Assembly: GCA_963703285.1 (NCBI GenBank)
Contig: OY969807.1
Span: forward strand, 288,001 to 352,000
Origin: an uncultured Nitrososphaerota archaeon
GTDB taxonomy: Archaea > Thermoproteota > Nitrososphaeria > Nitrososphaerales > Gagatemarchaeaceae
DNA: 64,000 bases
Reading direction: 5' to 3'
Below the pieces are notes generated by a model. The model did no database searches and was not told the DNA's origin. It saw nothing but the letters and a program-made list of their open reading frames with translations. Below are positions 18,765-29,125 of the stretch, in pieces. Every line of letters begins with the position of its first letter. Position 1 is the first letter of the stretch. Position numbers and translations under genes: made by a program.

Positions 18765-19232
18765 CTAGCTCCACCTGGCGTAGGCGGGGTGGCCCTCCTT
18801 CACCGCGACAAACGTTCCCCTGAACGTCGCTCTGACCTTCCCATCCGCCTCGAGCGTCGCCTCCACGACCGCCCTGTCGCCCCTCAGCTCGACCGCCCTC
18901 GCCCTCAGATGCAGAGTCGTGTCCATGGGGGTCGGCCTCAGCATCTTGAGCTGGAACTCGGAGGTCACCGTCGGCGGCGGGGTCTCCGTCCCGTCCCTCA
19001 CCATCATGGCGTGGACGGCGGTCCAGTTGGAGTGGCAGTCCAGTATCGCTCCTACTATCCCTCCGTTGAGTATCCCTTCGAACGCGTGATGGTGGTCCTC
19101 CGGCTTCCAGTCGCAGACAACGTCGTCCCCATCGACCTTGCTCTTGATTCTGAGGCCGCGTGCGTTGGCCGGACCGCACCCGAAGCAAACGCTCCTAGGC
19201 GCGTACCTCTCCTGCAGGCTTGGCTCGGGCAT
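18765..19232 (-). CDS. PaaI/hotdog-fold thioesterase
   Basis: CFGCGPAN..GL; GILNGGIVGAILD. Confidence 0.85.
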   Translation of the reverse strand: MPEPSLQERYAPRSVCFGCGPANARGLRIKSKVDGDDVVCDWKPEDHHHAFEGILNGGIVGAILDCHSNWTAVHAMMVRDGTETPPPTVTSEFQLKMLRPTPMDTTLHLRARAVELRGDRAVVEATLEADGKVRATFRGTFVAVKEGHPAYARWS

Positions 19233-19272
19233 GCCGGGGATAGGCTCGTCTGCCTATAAATCGGTTGGGCGG

Positions 19273-19758
19273 TCAGGAAGCGGTGCCATTGGTCAGCTTC
19301 ACCGTGGCGGTCCAGGTCGCCGTCTGCTGCAGTGTGTCGGTCAGCGTGATCGTGTAGAGACAGCCGATTCCGGTGGGCTGGCCTGTGGGCCCTATCACGA
19401 TGTAGTTCTTCTTCACGGTCGAATCATAGCTGATTGTGATGTTGGTGTAGACTCGCACCTTTCCCGTGTTGTTCGCAGTAGGGTCCAAGCAGAGTCGGCT
19501 CGCGGTTACCGGAAGCGATACGTCCGTGCCCGGGGGAAGCGAGAAGTAGAGCGATATCGTGCTTGCGTTGGTAGTCTCCAGGTTCAGAACCCCGCTCTTG
19601 AGGGCGACACCCTGGGAGGGGGTTCCCCAAAACACCGAGTTCACCTCCGCGTTCGTTATCCCCTTGCCGGTGACGTTGCCGTAGTTCCCCAGCAGCAGAA
19701 TCAGCACGGCGAGGGCGAGGAACTGGGCGCTCACTATCGCAACCTCTCCCCTCTCCAA
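19273..19758 (-). CDS. Membrane-anchored extracellular hypothetical protein
   Basis: One N-terminal TM then Thr/Asn-rich beta-type domain with two Cys; TTG start inferred to avoid overlap with hisC. Confidence 0.55.
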   Translation of the reverse strand: MERGEVAIVSAQFLALAVLILLLGNYGNVTGKGITNAEVNSVFWGTPSQGVALKSGVLNLETTNASTISLYFSLPPGTDVSLPVTASRLCLDPTANNTGKVRVYTNITISYDSTVKKNYIVIGPTGQPTGIGCLYTITLTDTLQQTATWTATVKLTNGTAS

Positions 19759-19802
19759 TACCCTGACCTCTCTCGGCGCACGGCCAAAGTCCGCTGATAA
19801 GT

Positions 19803-20903
19803 CTACCGCTCGGGCGCCCGCCCCAGAGCGTCCTCGAGCTCCTCGACTACCCTCTCGTTCACCTTCGGCGTCCCAATCGTCGTCCTGAGACAACCCTCCA
19901 GGCCTCTGACCCCGCTAAGATTCCTCACCACGAGTCCCTTCTCCATCAGCCTCTCGTGGACCCGGTCCGGGTCCCCCTTCCGGAGCCTGAAGAGAACGAA
20001 GTTCGTCTTGCTCGGGTATGGTTCGATCCCGGGAATGGCCGCCAGCATGTCCACGAGCCTTCCCCTCTCCTTGACTGTCTCCCGCACGTGCCTCCTCATC
20101 TCGCCGACGTGCGCGAGCGCGAAACGGCCCAGGGCGAGCGACAGCACCGAGAGGCTGTTGGGGGGCCTCACCACGTTGAGCTTCCTTGTCGTCTCGGCTC
20201 CCGCCACAAGATAGCCTATCCTCACCCCCGCCATAGAGAATGCCTTCGAGAGCGTCCTGCAGACTATGACGTTCTCGAGCCTGTCGGTGAGGTCGATGGC
20301 GCTCGTGCCACAGTACTCGAAGTAGGCTTCGTCCACCGCTACGGCGACGTCCGACTCCTTGGCCAGCCTCTCGACGGCAGCTATCGGTGACAGGTCCGCG
20401 GTGGGGTTGTTGGGGTTGCAGAGGAAGATGACCTTGGTCCTCCTCCTGACCGAGGAGAGGATGCCGTCGACGTCGAGGCTGAAGTCCTCCCCCCGCGGCA
20501 CGCCGACGACCTTGGCGCCCATCAGGCTGGCGGCTATCCCGTACATGGAGTAGGTGGGTGTGGCGACGATCGCCTCATCGCCCGGGTCCAGGAACACCTT
20601 CGCTATGATGTCGAGCCCCTCGTCGGCCCCGTTCGTGACGACGAACCTCCCGGAGTCCTTGCCGGTGTACCTCGAGAGGCCATCCCGGAGCGAGCGGTAA
20701 GAAGTGTCAGGGTACTGGTTGACGTCCATCCTTCCCAGGACGCGGCCCAGATCCCTGAGCGCCGACTCCGGCCTGAACGGCGACGTGTTCGTGTCGAGCC
20801 TCACTATCTGGTCCTCCCTGAGGCCCACCCTGGCCGCAATCTCCCAGCTGGGCGTCTCCCACCCGTACTCCTCGAATCCCTCGAAAAGTCTCCTGACCTT
20901 CAT
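19803..20903 (-). CDS. hisC: Histidinol-phosphate aminotransferase
   Basis: RLDTNTSP; NGADE; CNPNNPT; DEAY; RTLSKAFSMAGVRIGY. Confidence 0.88.
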   Translation of the reverse strand: MKVRRLFEGFEEYGWETPSWEIAARVGLREDQIVRLDTNTSPFRPESALRDLGRVLGRMDVNQYPDTSYRSLRDGLSRYTGKDSGRFVVTNGADEGLDIIAKVFLDPGDEAIVATPTYSMYGIAASLMGAKVVGVPRGEDFSLDVDGILSSVRRRTKVIFLCNPNNPTADLSPIAAVERLAKESDVAVAVDEAYFEYCGTSAIDLTDRLENVIVCRTLSKAFSMAGVRIGYLVAGAETTRKLNVVRPPNSLSVLSLALGRFALAHVGEMRRHVRETVKERGRLVDMLAAIPGIEPYPSKTNFVLFRLRKGDPDRVHERLMEKGLVVRNLSGVRGLEGCLRTTIGTPKVNERVVEELEDALGRAPER

Positions 20904-21044
20904 CGTCGATTCTCCCGCCAAGGGCGCGGCCATTTAAGAGCATGACCGTGGCGGCCCTTACTTACGACCGGGATTATCGAGCGCTAGATAGGCCCTCGGA
21001 ACACACAATAGCTCCTTCCACGGGCCCCGCGGCGGCGGGACACA

Positions 21045-21638
21045 GTGCCAAAGTCGTCTCAGGGCTCGGCAGTGATACTCGAGGCCGCCGCCAGGCTCTT
21101 TTCCGAGAGGGGCTACTCCAACGTCTCGATAAGGGACGTCTGCAAGGAGGCCAAGACCTCCCCTCCGATGATATACTACTACTTCAAGGACAAGAAGCGG
21201 CTCTTCGAGGCGGCGGTGAGCTACAGGGTGAGCATACGGGAGTTCATCGCGAGGCTCCGCAAGCAGGCGGACCTGAAGGATCCGGCAAAGGGCGTCGAGG
21301 CCTTCATCCGGATCTACCTCTCCTCCTTCCCGACGGACGCCTTCGAGCCCGGTCTGTATCTGGTGGAGACCGCAAGGCTGGACCGGACCAGCGCGGCCCG
21401 CATAAGCGAACAGCTGGACGAGGTTCACAACGTCGCGGAGAAGATCCTGCGGCGTGGCGTCACCGAGGGCGCCTTCCTCAAGACCGACCCGAAGTCCGCC
21501 GCTGACTGCCTCATGGGGATGCTCAACCACGTCGTCTTCCAGAAGTTCCACTTCGCGAAGACCTGGGACGCCGAGAAGACAGGGCGTTTCATAACGCAGT
21601 TCTTCCTCAGGGCGATGGGCTCCCGGGCCGCCACGTGA
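21045..21638 (+). CDS. TetR family transcription regulator
   Basis: ILEAAARLFSERGYSNVSIRDVCKEAKTSPPMIYYYFKDK. Confidence 0.92.
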   Translation: MPKSSQGSAVILEAAARLFSERGYSNVSIRDVCKEAKTSPPMIYYYFKDKKRLFEAAVSYRVSIREFIARLRKQADLKDPAKGVEAFIRIYLSSFPTDAFEPGLYLVETARLDRTSAARISEQLDEVHNVAEKILRRGVTEGAFLKTDPKSAADCLMGMLNHVVFQKFHFAKTWDAEKTGRFITQFFLRAMGSRAAT

Positions 21639-21643
21639 CGGCC

Positions 21644-24481
21644 TCACCAGAACGGCCGCGTCTCGATGAACTTCAGCTTCGCCTCGAGAAGCTCCCTGTA
21701 GAAGCTCCCCTCGTCCTCCTCCATCCTCGCCAGTATCCTTGCCGCCGTCTGCGGCCCGATCCCGTAGACCGCCTGCGCCACCACAGCCCTCCTTCCATAG
21801 GAGAGGACGAGGTCGGCCGCCCGCCTTGCCTTGGCGAGCTCCGACTTCTCGTCATCGGAGAGCTCCTCGCGCGCCAGCCTCCTCGACATCAGCTTGGCCA
21901 CCTGGCTCGACGTCCAGAACGCTGGTGATAGCAGCCCAGAACCGCACGCGTCGCACTTCGGCTCCTCGGCCAACTCGCCAATCGTCGCGGGGCCCTGCGG
22001 CTGCCCGCACTTCATGCAGACCAGCTCGACGGACGTCCCGTAGATGCTGAGCTTCATCTTCTCGATGGTCGTCTTCGCCAGGGAGTCGGGCGCGACAAGC
22101 TCGGGGACGTCGAGATACCTGTACAGGATGTGGTACGCTATCGGTGTCGGCTTCTCCTCCGAGAGGAACGTCTCGACGTGGACCCTACCCTTCGCCACCG
22201 AGACGAGCAGCTCCTTTGCCCGCGCCATGTCCAGGAGGTCACGCCCCGTCTCCTGCAGGGCTTCCTCGAAGACGGGCGTGTTCTCGAACCTGGTGGGGAG
22301 CGAGCAGAGGTTCGGGTGGGCTATGAACTGGCCCCGCCTCAGCGCGCCGAACCTCTCGGCTATCGCCTTCACCCTGGCCGGGAAGGGGAAGTTCCGCTGG
22401 GCCGCCACCGCGTAGGTCCTCTCGAACTCCTCGGGCGCCATCCCGAAGAGCTGCTCCCCCAGTCCCTTCAGGTCGAGCTCCGCCGAGTCCACGGTCAGCT
22501 CTATCATTATCCTGTATCCGTCGAGGTACCATAGGCGGATGAGGCCCTTGCGGGACAGGACCTCCTCGAACGTGTAGGCTAGGGTCCTGTTGACGTTCTC
22601 TCCACTGCAGGTGTGGATGATGAGGTACTTCTGCCACCCCTCGAGCAGTATCAGGTCCTCGCTCGGGAGGGGCGCCCCGAGCCGGAGGTGTTCGTGCACC
22701 TCGTCAACGACGATTCGGGTCCCCTCGATGGCGACTGGGATCTCGGACGCGAGGAGCTCGGACGACTCCTCCGGCGTGTTCCCGGCGAGGATAGAGGCGA
22801 CCCTCTTCCTCAGGCTGCCCGTCTTCTGGGCGAGGTGGTAGGGTATCGGGAGCATCTCGCCGTCCCATCCTGGCACCGCGGCGAGCGGGTCCTCGACGGT
22901 GGTGACGTAGATCTTCCTGTCGTCCGCTATCTTCTCGATCTGCCATATCCTTCCCTTGAGGATGAAGTGCAGCCCCACCTTCGCCTGGAAGAGGACGAAC
23001 TCCATGCCGAGGATGCCGACGCTCTGGTTGTTCGCGACGTCGATGACCAGGTAGCGCGTCTCGTCCGGGATGGTCGAGAGGTTCTGGAAGTAGTACTCCC
23101 GCGTCCCGCGCGTCCTGTAGAGCTTCGTCCCTTCGACCCTCAGCTTGCGGAGCTGGCCCAGGTAGTCGACCACGCGCTGGAACGTCTCCTCGTCGAGGTC
23201 CCTGTAGGGGTGTGCCCTCCTTACCTCTCGGAAGATCTCGCCCTTCTCGACCGTCTCGAAGTCCATGAGGTAGCCGGCTATCTGGTGCGCCAGGACGTCA
23301 AGCGACTTCGCGTACGGCCTGGTCTCCTCCAGCCGTCCCCCCTTGGCCTCCTCTATGGCGGCTGCAGACTCGAGGACGTCCTCGGCCGAAACTGTGATCA
23401 TCACGCCCTCCGACGTCCGCCGCAGGTCGTGGCCCGACCTCCCCACCCTCTGTATCAGGGATGTGACCTGTCTCGGGGACATGTACTGGAGCACGAGGTC
23501 GACGGACCCGATGTCGATCCCGAGCTCCAGCGTGCTCGTGCAGACGAGCGCCCTGAGCTCGCCCTGCTTGAATGCGCTCTCCACCCTCTCCCTCTCCTCC
23601 CGCGGAAGGGAGCCATGGTGGACACCGACGTCCCCGCGAAGCCTGTTGAGCTTCTCCCCGAGCATCTCCGCCAACGTCCTGCTGTTCACGAAGATGAGCG
23701 TGGACCTGTGCGACTCGATCTGTTCGTCTATGACCGACAGCCTCGCCGCGAGGTCGATCGTGCTGAAGGTTTCCCGGGAGATCTCGCCATCAGCCGAGTC
23801 GGGCGTCGGGTACTCGACCCTATAGCGGAAATCCTTTGGGACGGCGGCCCTCACGATCCTGTGCTTCGCCTCCCCGAAGATGAAGCGCGCCGTCTCCTCC
23901 GGGCTGCCCACGGTCGCCGAGAGCGCCACCAGCTGGAAGTCTCCCGCAACCTTCCTCAGCCTCTGCAGCCCGACCGTCAGCTGGACTCCCCTCTTGCTCT
24001 CCACGAGGTTGTGCAGCTCGTCGACGACAACGGCCTTCACGCAGGCGAGGTTCCTCCTCATCCTAGAGCCAGGCAGCATCGCCTGGAGGGTCTCGGGTGT
24101 CGTGACGAGGACGTCGGGAGGGTCCCTCGACTGTCTCTGCCTCTGCGCCATGGGCGTGTCGCCGTGCCTGACCTCTATCTTCAGCGAGAGCTTGGAGCAC
24201 CAGACCTCCAGACGCCTCAGCATGTCCCTGTTCAGCGCCCTGAGAGGGGTGATGTAGATGATCGAGACCCCCTGCCCCCGCCCCTCCTTCACGAGGCGGG
24301 AGAGGAGGGGGAGCATGGCCGCCTCCGTCTTGCCCGAACCGGTGGGCGCGATGACGAGGACGTTCTCGCCCCTCGCAATCATCGGGGAGGCCTCAATCTG
24401 CGGGGGGGTGGGGCTGCTGATTCCCATCTCCTCCAGCATGCCTCTTATCGGGTCGGCGAGAAACTCAAAGCCTGTACTCAA
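21644..24481 (-). CDS. lhr: Lhr-family ATP-dependent helicase
   Basis: APTGSGKT; DELH; SAT; CTSTLELGIDIG; QRVGRSGH; C-terminal CxxC pairs. Confidence 0.9.
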   Translation of the reverse strand: MSTGFEFLADPIRGMLEEMGISSPTPPQIEASPMIARGENVLVIAPTGSGKTEAAMLPLLSRLVKEGRGQGVSIIYITPLRALNRDMLRRLEVWCSKLSLKIEVRHGDTPMAQRQRQSRDPPDVLVTTPETLQAMLPGSRMRRNLACVKAVVVDELHNLVESKRGVQLTVGLQRLRKVAGDFQLVALSATVGSPEETARFIFGEAKHRIVRAAVPKDFRYRVEYPTPDSADGEISRETFSTIDLAARLSVIDEQIESHRSTLIFVNSRTLAEMLGEKLNRLRGDVGVHHGSLPREERERVESAFKQGELRALVCTSTLELGIDIGSVDLVLQYMSPRQVTSLIQRVGRSGHDLRRTSEGVMITVSAEDVLESAAAIEEAKGGRLEETRPYAKSLDVLAHQIAGYLMDFETVEKGEIFREVRRAHPYRDLDEETFQRVVDYLGQLRKLRVEGTKLYRTRGTREYYFQNLSTIPDETRYLVIDVANNQSVGILGMEFVLFQAKVGLHFILKGRIWQIEKIADDRKIYVTTVEDPLAAVPGWDGEMLPIPYHLAQKTGSLRKRVASILAGNTPEESSELLASEIPVAIEGTRIVVDEVHEHLRLGAPLPSEDLILLEGWQKYLIIHTCSGENVNRTLAYTFEEVLSRKGLIRLWYLDGYRIMIELTVDSAELDLKGLGEQLFGMAPEEFERTYAVAAQRNFPFPARVKAIAERFGALRRGQFIAHPNLCSLPTRFENTPVFEEALQETGRDLLDMARAKELLVSVAKGRVHVETFLSEEKPTPIAYHILYRYLDVPELVAPDSLAKTTIEKMKLSIYGTSVELVCMKCGQPQGPATIGELAEEPKCDACGSGLLSPAFWTSSQVAKLMSRRLAREELSDDEKSELAKARRAADLVLSYGRRAVVAQAVYGIGPQTAARILARMEEDEGSFYRELLEAKLKFIETRPFW

Positions 24482-24517
24482 TCGACGGGACTGATTTCCC
24501 GGGGTTCTATTAAGGGC

Positions 24518-24844
24518 TCACCCGCGATTCGCCAGACAGACGCTGCACTCGCAGAGGGAGAGGAGGTAATCGTAGGGGTATATCCCGGTGCTGTGGCCGT
24601 CGCTCCACGCGAAGGAAAGCGCATAGAGCCCGACCCTCGTGAAGGCCGTCGCCTTTACGTCCGCCGATATGTCCTGCAGCACGCGGAAGGAGCGCCTTCC
24701 TCCCATGGGGCTGACCTCGCCCTTGCAGAGGGCGCACGGACAGGCCTCCCTCAGGGATACGTTCGAGAAGACGCTCGAGTGGCCGTCACTCCAATCGATT
24801 CTCACCCGCTGCTCTCCGAGCTCCACGGACCCCGGTCTGACCAT
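24518..24844 (-). CDS. DUF971/GBBH-N-like zinc-binding protein
   Basis: WSDGH; LREACPCALC; VGLYAL; DGHSTGIY. Confidence 0.8.
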   Translation of the reverse strand: MVRPGSVELGEQRVRIDWSDGHSSVFSNVSLREACPCALCKGEVSPMGGRRSFRVLQDISADVKATAFTRVGLYALSFAWSDGHSTGIYPYDYLLSLCECSVCLANRG

Positions 24845-24933
24845 CCCGAAGCGCCTTCCATCTCGCCGCCATGAAAAGGCTTGGTTTCCAGTCAAAAGGT
24901 TAATCACCGAGCGCGCGCCAACGCGACACCGGC

Positions 24934-25329
24934 ATGGTCAAGCTCAACGAGAAGGCCGCAAGCGTCCTCAAGGGCAAGAACTTCGCATTCATCGCAACGA
25001 TAAACCCCGACGGCTCCCCTCATGTGAGTCCGGTCTGGGTGGACACCGACGGCACGAACGTCTTGATCAATACCGCGATCGCAAGGGTGAAGGAGCGAAA
25101 CGCGAAGAGGGACCCCCGCGTCGCCGTCGCCGTAACCGACGCAGCGAACCCCTACTATCGGGTAGTCCTCGACGGGAAGGTCACGGAGACGATCACCGGG
25201 AAGAGGGCGAACGACAGCATCGATTCTCTCTCCTTCAAGTACACGGGGAACAAGAAGTACCAGGCTGGCGGTTCCGGGGAGAAGCGGGTTCTCCTCGTCA
25301 TAAAACCGACCAGGATAAGAGAACAGTAG
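24934..25329 (+). CDS. PPOX-class (F420/FMN-binding split barrel) oxidoreductase
   Basis: IATINPDGSPHVSPVW; K.RN..RDPRV. Confidence 0.88.
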   Translation: MVKLNEKAASVLKGKNFAFIATINPDGSPHVSPVWVDTDGTNVLINTAIARVKERNAKRDPRVAVAVTDAANPYYRVVLDGKVTETITGKRANDSIDSLSFKYTGNKKYQAGGSGEKRVLLVIKPTRIREQ

Positions 25330-25391
25330 GCGTCGGCCTCGAGAGTCCACAGACGGGACGCGGCCTCGCCATAGGCCGGAGCGGGCCGACG

Positions 25392-26333
25392 ATGCCGAAG
25401 CAGAGGCTCTTCACCTCCGACGGACGGTCTCTCCTCGAGAGGACCTTGGAAGCTCCCGGACGTCTCCGCTGGGCGTGCTGGAACAGGTCCGGCGACACCT
25501 CGCTGATCGTCGGAGACCATGGGACGGTGCTTTTCTTCAGGGACGGCGACTCCAAGGCCCTGGAGTCTGGGACGACCGGCAACCTGAGGTGCGCCGACTA
25601 CGGGAGGGGAGAGACGGTCTACGCCTGCGGGAACAGCGGCCTCATCCTGAGGATCTCCGATGGGCATCCGGAGAGGATGCGCTTCGACGTGCGCGAGAAC
25701 CTTCGGCGGGTCGCGTCGGATCCCTCGGGCGAGAGGTCGCTCTTCGTGGGGAACTACGGCTCCGCCTACCTGCTCGGCCCGTCGCGATTCGAGACCATCC
25801 ACGGCGCGGACACGCACCTCCGCTCCGTCTCGTGGCACCCCGCCGGGGGATACGCGCTCGTCGCAGGGAACTGCTTCAGGGACTCGGTGGGAGGGCTCTC
25901 GCCCTCTCCCAACCTCTTCAGGTTCGAGGGGAGCTCGCTGAGGGACGTCTCTTCCCTGGCCGAGAGCAGGGCCGACCTCGTTGCGGGAAGCTGGAGGCCC
26001 GACGGCTCGTCGTGTCTCCTGACCGGTTTCGACCAGACCTGGCACACCCCCGTCCTGCTGTCCTACGAGGACGAGTCGCTGAGGGAGATTCCCTGGGTCG
26101 GTGGGAGCGTCTTCCCCACGGCCTGTGCCTGGCACCCCTCCGGGGAATACGCCCTGATCGGGACGAGCGCGATTACCTCCGAGGAGGGGACGGCAGCCCT
26201 CTACAGGTTCGACGGGAAGACGGTCACGAAGCTCTCGGGCCTCGGGGGGATGGGCGTTTCTTGCATCGCCTGGTCCCCGGGGGGCCTCGCCCTCATCATC
26301 GGGTCCAGGTCGACGAGGGCGTTCTCCGCCTGA
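25392..26333 (+). CDS. WD40-like beta-propeller protein
   Basis: Repeats LRSVSWHPAGGYALVAG, SWRPDGSSCLLTG, AWHPSGEYALIG. Confidence 0.75.
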   Translation: MPKQRLFTSDGRSLLERTLEAPGRLRWACWNRSGDTSLIVGDHGTVLFFRDGDSKALESGTTGNLRCADYGRGETVYACGNSGLILRISDGHPERMRFDVRENLRRVASDPSGERSLFVGNYGSAYLLGPSRFETIHGADTHLRSVSWHPAGGYALVAGNCFRDSVGGLSPSPNLFRFEGSSLRDVSSLAESRADLVAGSWRPDGSSCLLTGFDQTWHTPVLLSYEDESLREIPWVGGSVFPTACAWHPSGEYALIGTSAITSEEGTAALYRFDGKTVTKLSGLGGMGVSCIAWSPGGLALIIGSRSTRAFSA

Positions 26334-26351
26334 AGCCGCGCCCCGGCGGAG

Positions 26352-27560
26352 TCACGCGGTCGCGAAGAACGACTTCATCCCGTCCATCGCCCTTTCTATC
26401 GTCTCCTCTGGCGCCGCGAAGCAGAGCCGGAGGTGTTTCTCCCCAGAGGGGCCGAAGGCGGTTCCCGGCAGGACCGCGACGTTCTGCTCGCTGAGGAGCC
26501 TCCTCGACAGGTCGCGGGAGTTGAGCTTGAGCGTGTAGCCGGGGAAAGCGTAGAAGGAGCCCTCTATCCTCGGCGGGCGGAGCTTTGGTATCTCTGCCAT
26601 CCTGTCGCTGATCAGCTTCATCCTCTTGACGTACTCCGCCTTGAACTGCTGGACGAATCTGTCTCCCTTCCTCAGCGCGAAGGCCGACGCGCTCATTATG
26701 AACGGCGGGAAGCAGGTGACGGTGTGTTCGAGCAGCCTGTTGGCCAGCTTGATCCTCTCTTCGGATCCTACTATGTAGCCTGCCGTCCAGCCGGGCATCG
26801 AGTAGCTCTTCGAGAGCGTGTAGAGCGACATGACCAGTCGTGGCTCCTTCTCCAGGGAGCCGATGGAGACGTGTTTCTTGGCGTACACGAGGTCCTCGTA
26901 GGCCTCGTCGCTGAGCACGTACATCCCCCTCTCCGCGCAGAAGTCATAGAGCTCACGAAGCTCCCGCGATCCGTAGACCGTCCCGCAGGGGTTCGAGGGC
27001 GTGTTGATCACGATCGCCCTGGTCTTGGGACCCGTCCGCCTCCTGATCTCGTCCAGGTCGAGACCGAAGGTCGGCGACAGCCCGTAGCGGACGGGACGTC
27101 CCCCGGTGAGGATAACGGGCTCGGAGTAGAAGTACCCGGGATCGGGGACGAGGACCTCGTACGACCGCTGCGAGACGGACGCGAGGGAGGCGAAGACGGC
27201 CATCTTGGCGGTGACGAAGATGGTGTTCTCGACCTTCGCCCTTATGCCGTTCTTCCTCCTGACCTTCTCGACTATCGCCTCCCGGACTTCGAGCGTGCCG
27301 TAGGAGTGCGCATAGTGGGTCCCGCCGCTGAGCATGCTTGCGTGGGCCACGTCCGCTATCTCCTTCGGGGTGTCGAAGGAGGGGTCTCCGGGCGCGAGCG
27401 AAATCACCTCCTCTCCTCTGCTCTTCTTCTCAAAGACGAGGTTTATCATCTCGAGCGAGGGTGAGTCGCCCAGTTTCTCGAGGAACAAGGATGGGGAGGG
27501 CGGGGAGTGGAATCTTAAATGTTCTTCAGAACCCCGCCGGAAGCCCCTCGCCCCTGACAT
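26352..27560 (-). CDS. PLP-dependent class I aminotransferase (aspartate aminotransferase-like)
   Basis: GDPSFDTP; INTPSNPCG; SDEAY; SKSYSMPGW. Confidence 0.9.
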   Translation of the reverse strand: MSGARGFRRGSEEHLRFHSPPSPSLFLEKLGDSPSLEMINLVFEKKSRGEEVISLAPGDPSFDTPKEIADVAHASMLSGGTHYAHSYGTLEVREAIVEKVRRKNGIRAKVENTIFVTAKMAVFASLASVSQRSYEVLVPDPGYFYSEPVILTGGRPVRYGLSPTFGLDLDEIRRRTGPKTRAIVINTPSNPCGTVYGSRELRELYDFCAERGMYVLSDEAYEDLVYAKKHVSIGSLEKEPRLVMSLYTLSKSYSMPGWTAGYIVGSEERIKLANRLLEHTVTCFPPFIMSASAFALRKGDRFVQQFKAEYVKRMKLISDRMAEIPKLRPPRIEGSFYAFPGYTLKLNSRDLSRRLLSEQNVAVLPGTAFGPSGEKHLRLCFAAPEETIERAMDGMKSFFATA

Positions 27561-29028
27561 CGCAGACGCCCTTCAGGCAACCCTCCATGAGCTCTACGCC
27601 CTGCGCGACCCCCGTGGGTCCGGGATAGGCGACCACCTCGTGCTTCGCGCCCAGACCTTCGAGACCCGAGTATCCCTCCTCGACCCTCAGCCCCGCCTGG
27701 CCGTCCCAGAGGAACCGGGGGAAGTCGATCGCCCTCTCCAGGCTCATGGCGTGGTCCACGAGGTTGGTCACGAGGAGCGCGTGCTGCTGGGGCCTGTACT
27801 CCCCGCCGCTGCAGCCCGCCGCGAAGGTCGGCCGGCCATCCCTGAACAGTATGAGCGAGGAGAGGGTGTGGAGGGGCCTCTTCCGGGGCTCGAGCTTGTT
27901 CGGTCCAGCCATCGCGAAGGCCGACCCCCTGTTGTTGAGGAAGAAGCCGCAGTCCTCCAGGAACACCCTCGAGCCGAAGTGGTGGAAGAGGCTCTGGATG
28001 CACGAGAGCAGGTTCCCCTCCCGGTCGGCCACTGCGAAGTAGGTCGTGTCCGCCTCGTCTATCCGCCTCTGCGCACCAGCCGCTCCACGAGACCCAAGGA
28101 AGTCCTCTAGGTCGAACCCCACGAACCTCGGATCACCCAGCATCCTGTCCCTGGCGGCGTAGGCCTCCTTCGCTGCCCCGACGGTCGCCCCGACCCTCTC
28201 TGCGGTCGCCGGTCCGTACCTCCCAATCCCGTCATCCTCCAGAATCTTCAGCATCAGCAGTGTCGTGGCTCCCATGCTGTTCGGGGGGACCTCGAAGACC
28301 TCCGACCCCCCGTATGGCATCCTGAGCGGGTCCGTCCACTCGGGTTCGAACGAAGCCACGTCCTCCTCGCTCGCCTCGAACCCGCCGGAGGCGAAGGCCT
28401 CGCGGATTGACCTGGCGGGTCCGCCGCCGTAGAAGACCTCCGGCCCTCCTCGGGCCACCTCTCGAAGCGTCGCGGCCAGCCTCGGCTGCCTGAGGACGCT
28501 GCCGACCGCAGGTAGAGTCCCATCCGCGCCGAAGACCTTCCTGGCGCTCGGAGCGAGCTCGGCCCCGACCGCGGCGAGGGACCTCACGAGCCCCGGACCG
28601 ATGGGGAACCCCTCCTCTGCGAGACGCGTCCCGTCCTCCAGGGTTCTCGAGAACTCTAGGACTCCGAACCTTCTCTGCATATGGTGGACGCCCCTGAGAT
28701 AGCCGGGGATCACCGCGCTCCCGGGACCGAAGAGTGGCACCCCCTCGCGACCCGACCTCCTCATCCCATCCACCGTCATGGACGAGGGAGCCCACCCGCT
28801 AGAGTTCAGACAGAGCACCTTGCCTTCGCTCGCGTGGTAGAGCAGCGCGAAGAAGTCACCGCCGAGCCCGCTCAGGTGGGGCTGGGTAACGGCGAGGGCG
28901 AAGCTTGCGGCGGCCGCTCCGTCGAACGCGTTACCTCCCCGCTCGATCGCTTTGCAGGCCGCCATCGAGGCAAGGGGATGTTCCGTCGCCGCTACGGCTC
29001 CTCCGGCCATCATCACCTTCCCGGGCAA
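27526..29028 (-). CDS. ggt: Gamma-glutamyltransferase
   Basis: GGNAFD; SGLGGDFF; PPNSMG; DTT autocleavage site; LNNRG; KRPLHTL; start inferred (TTG 29028 or ATG 29013). Confidence 0.88.
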   Translation of the reverse strand: MPGKVMMAGGAVAATEHPLASMAACKAIERGGNAFDGAAAASFALAVTQPHLSGLGGDFFALLYHASEGKVLCLNSSGWAPSSMTVDGMRRSGREGVPLFGPGSAVIPGYLRGVHHMQRRFGVLEFSRTLEDGTRLAEEGFPIGPGLVRSLAAVGAELAPSARKVFGADGTLPAVGSVLRQPRLAATLREVARGGPEVFYGGGPARSIREAFASGGFEASEEDVASFEPEWTDPLRMPYGGSEVFEVPPNSMGATTLLMLKILEDDGIGRYGPATAERVGATVGAAKEAYAARDRMLGDPRFVGFDLEDFLGSRGAAGAQRRIDEADTTYFAVADREGNLLSCIQSLFHHFGSRVFLEDCGFFLNNRGSAFAMAGPNKLEPRKRPLHTLSSLILFRDGRPTFAAGCSGGEYRPQQHALLVTNLVDHAMSLERAIDFPRFLWDGQAGLRVEEGYSGLEGLGAKHEVVAYPGPTGVAQGVELMEGCLKGVCDVRGEGLPAGF

Positions 29029-29125
29029 GGGACCCCAAGACCGTGCCCGCCCAATAAAAGCATGTCCCGTCCGGGGTCGCGGGAGCGGCTCAAGAGATAA
29101 ATCTCGTACAACGGTCCTCCCCACG

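Noticed and set aside
22613-24874. 753-aa plus-strand ORF and similar long shadow ORFs (e.g. 6837-7790, 26433-27464, 49578-50660, 62517-63695)
   Set aside because: Antisense or alternate-frame shadows of well-supported genes; Arg/Gly/Pro-rich with no motifs
24639-26333. 564-aa ORF as annotated by the track
   Set aside because: The 5' part overlaps the DUF971 and PPOX genes; only 25392-26333 has propeller repeats
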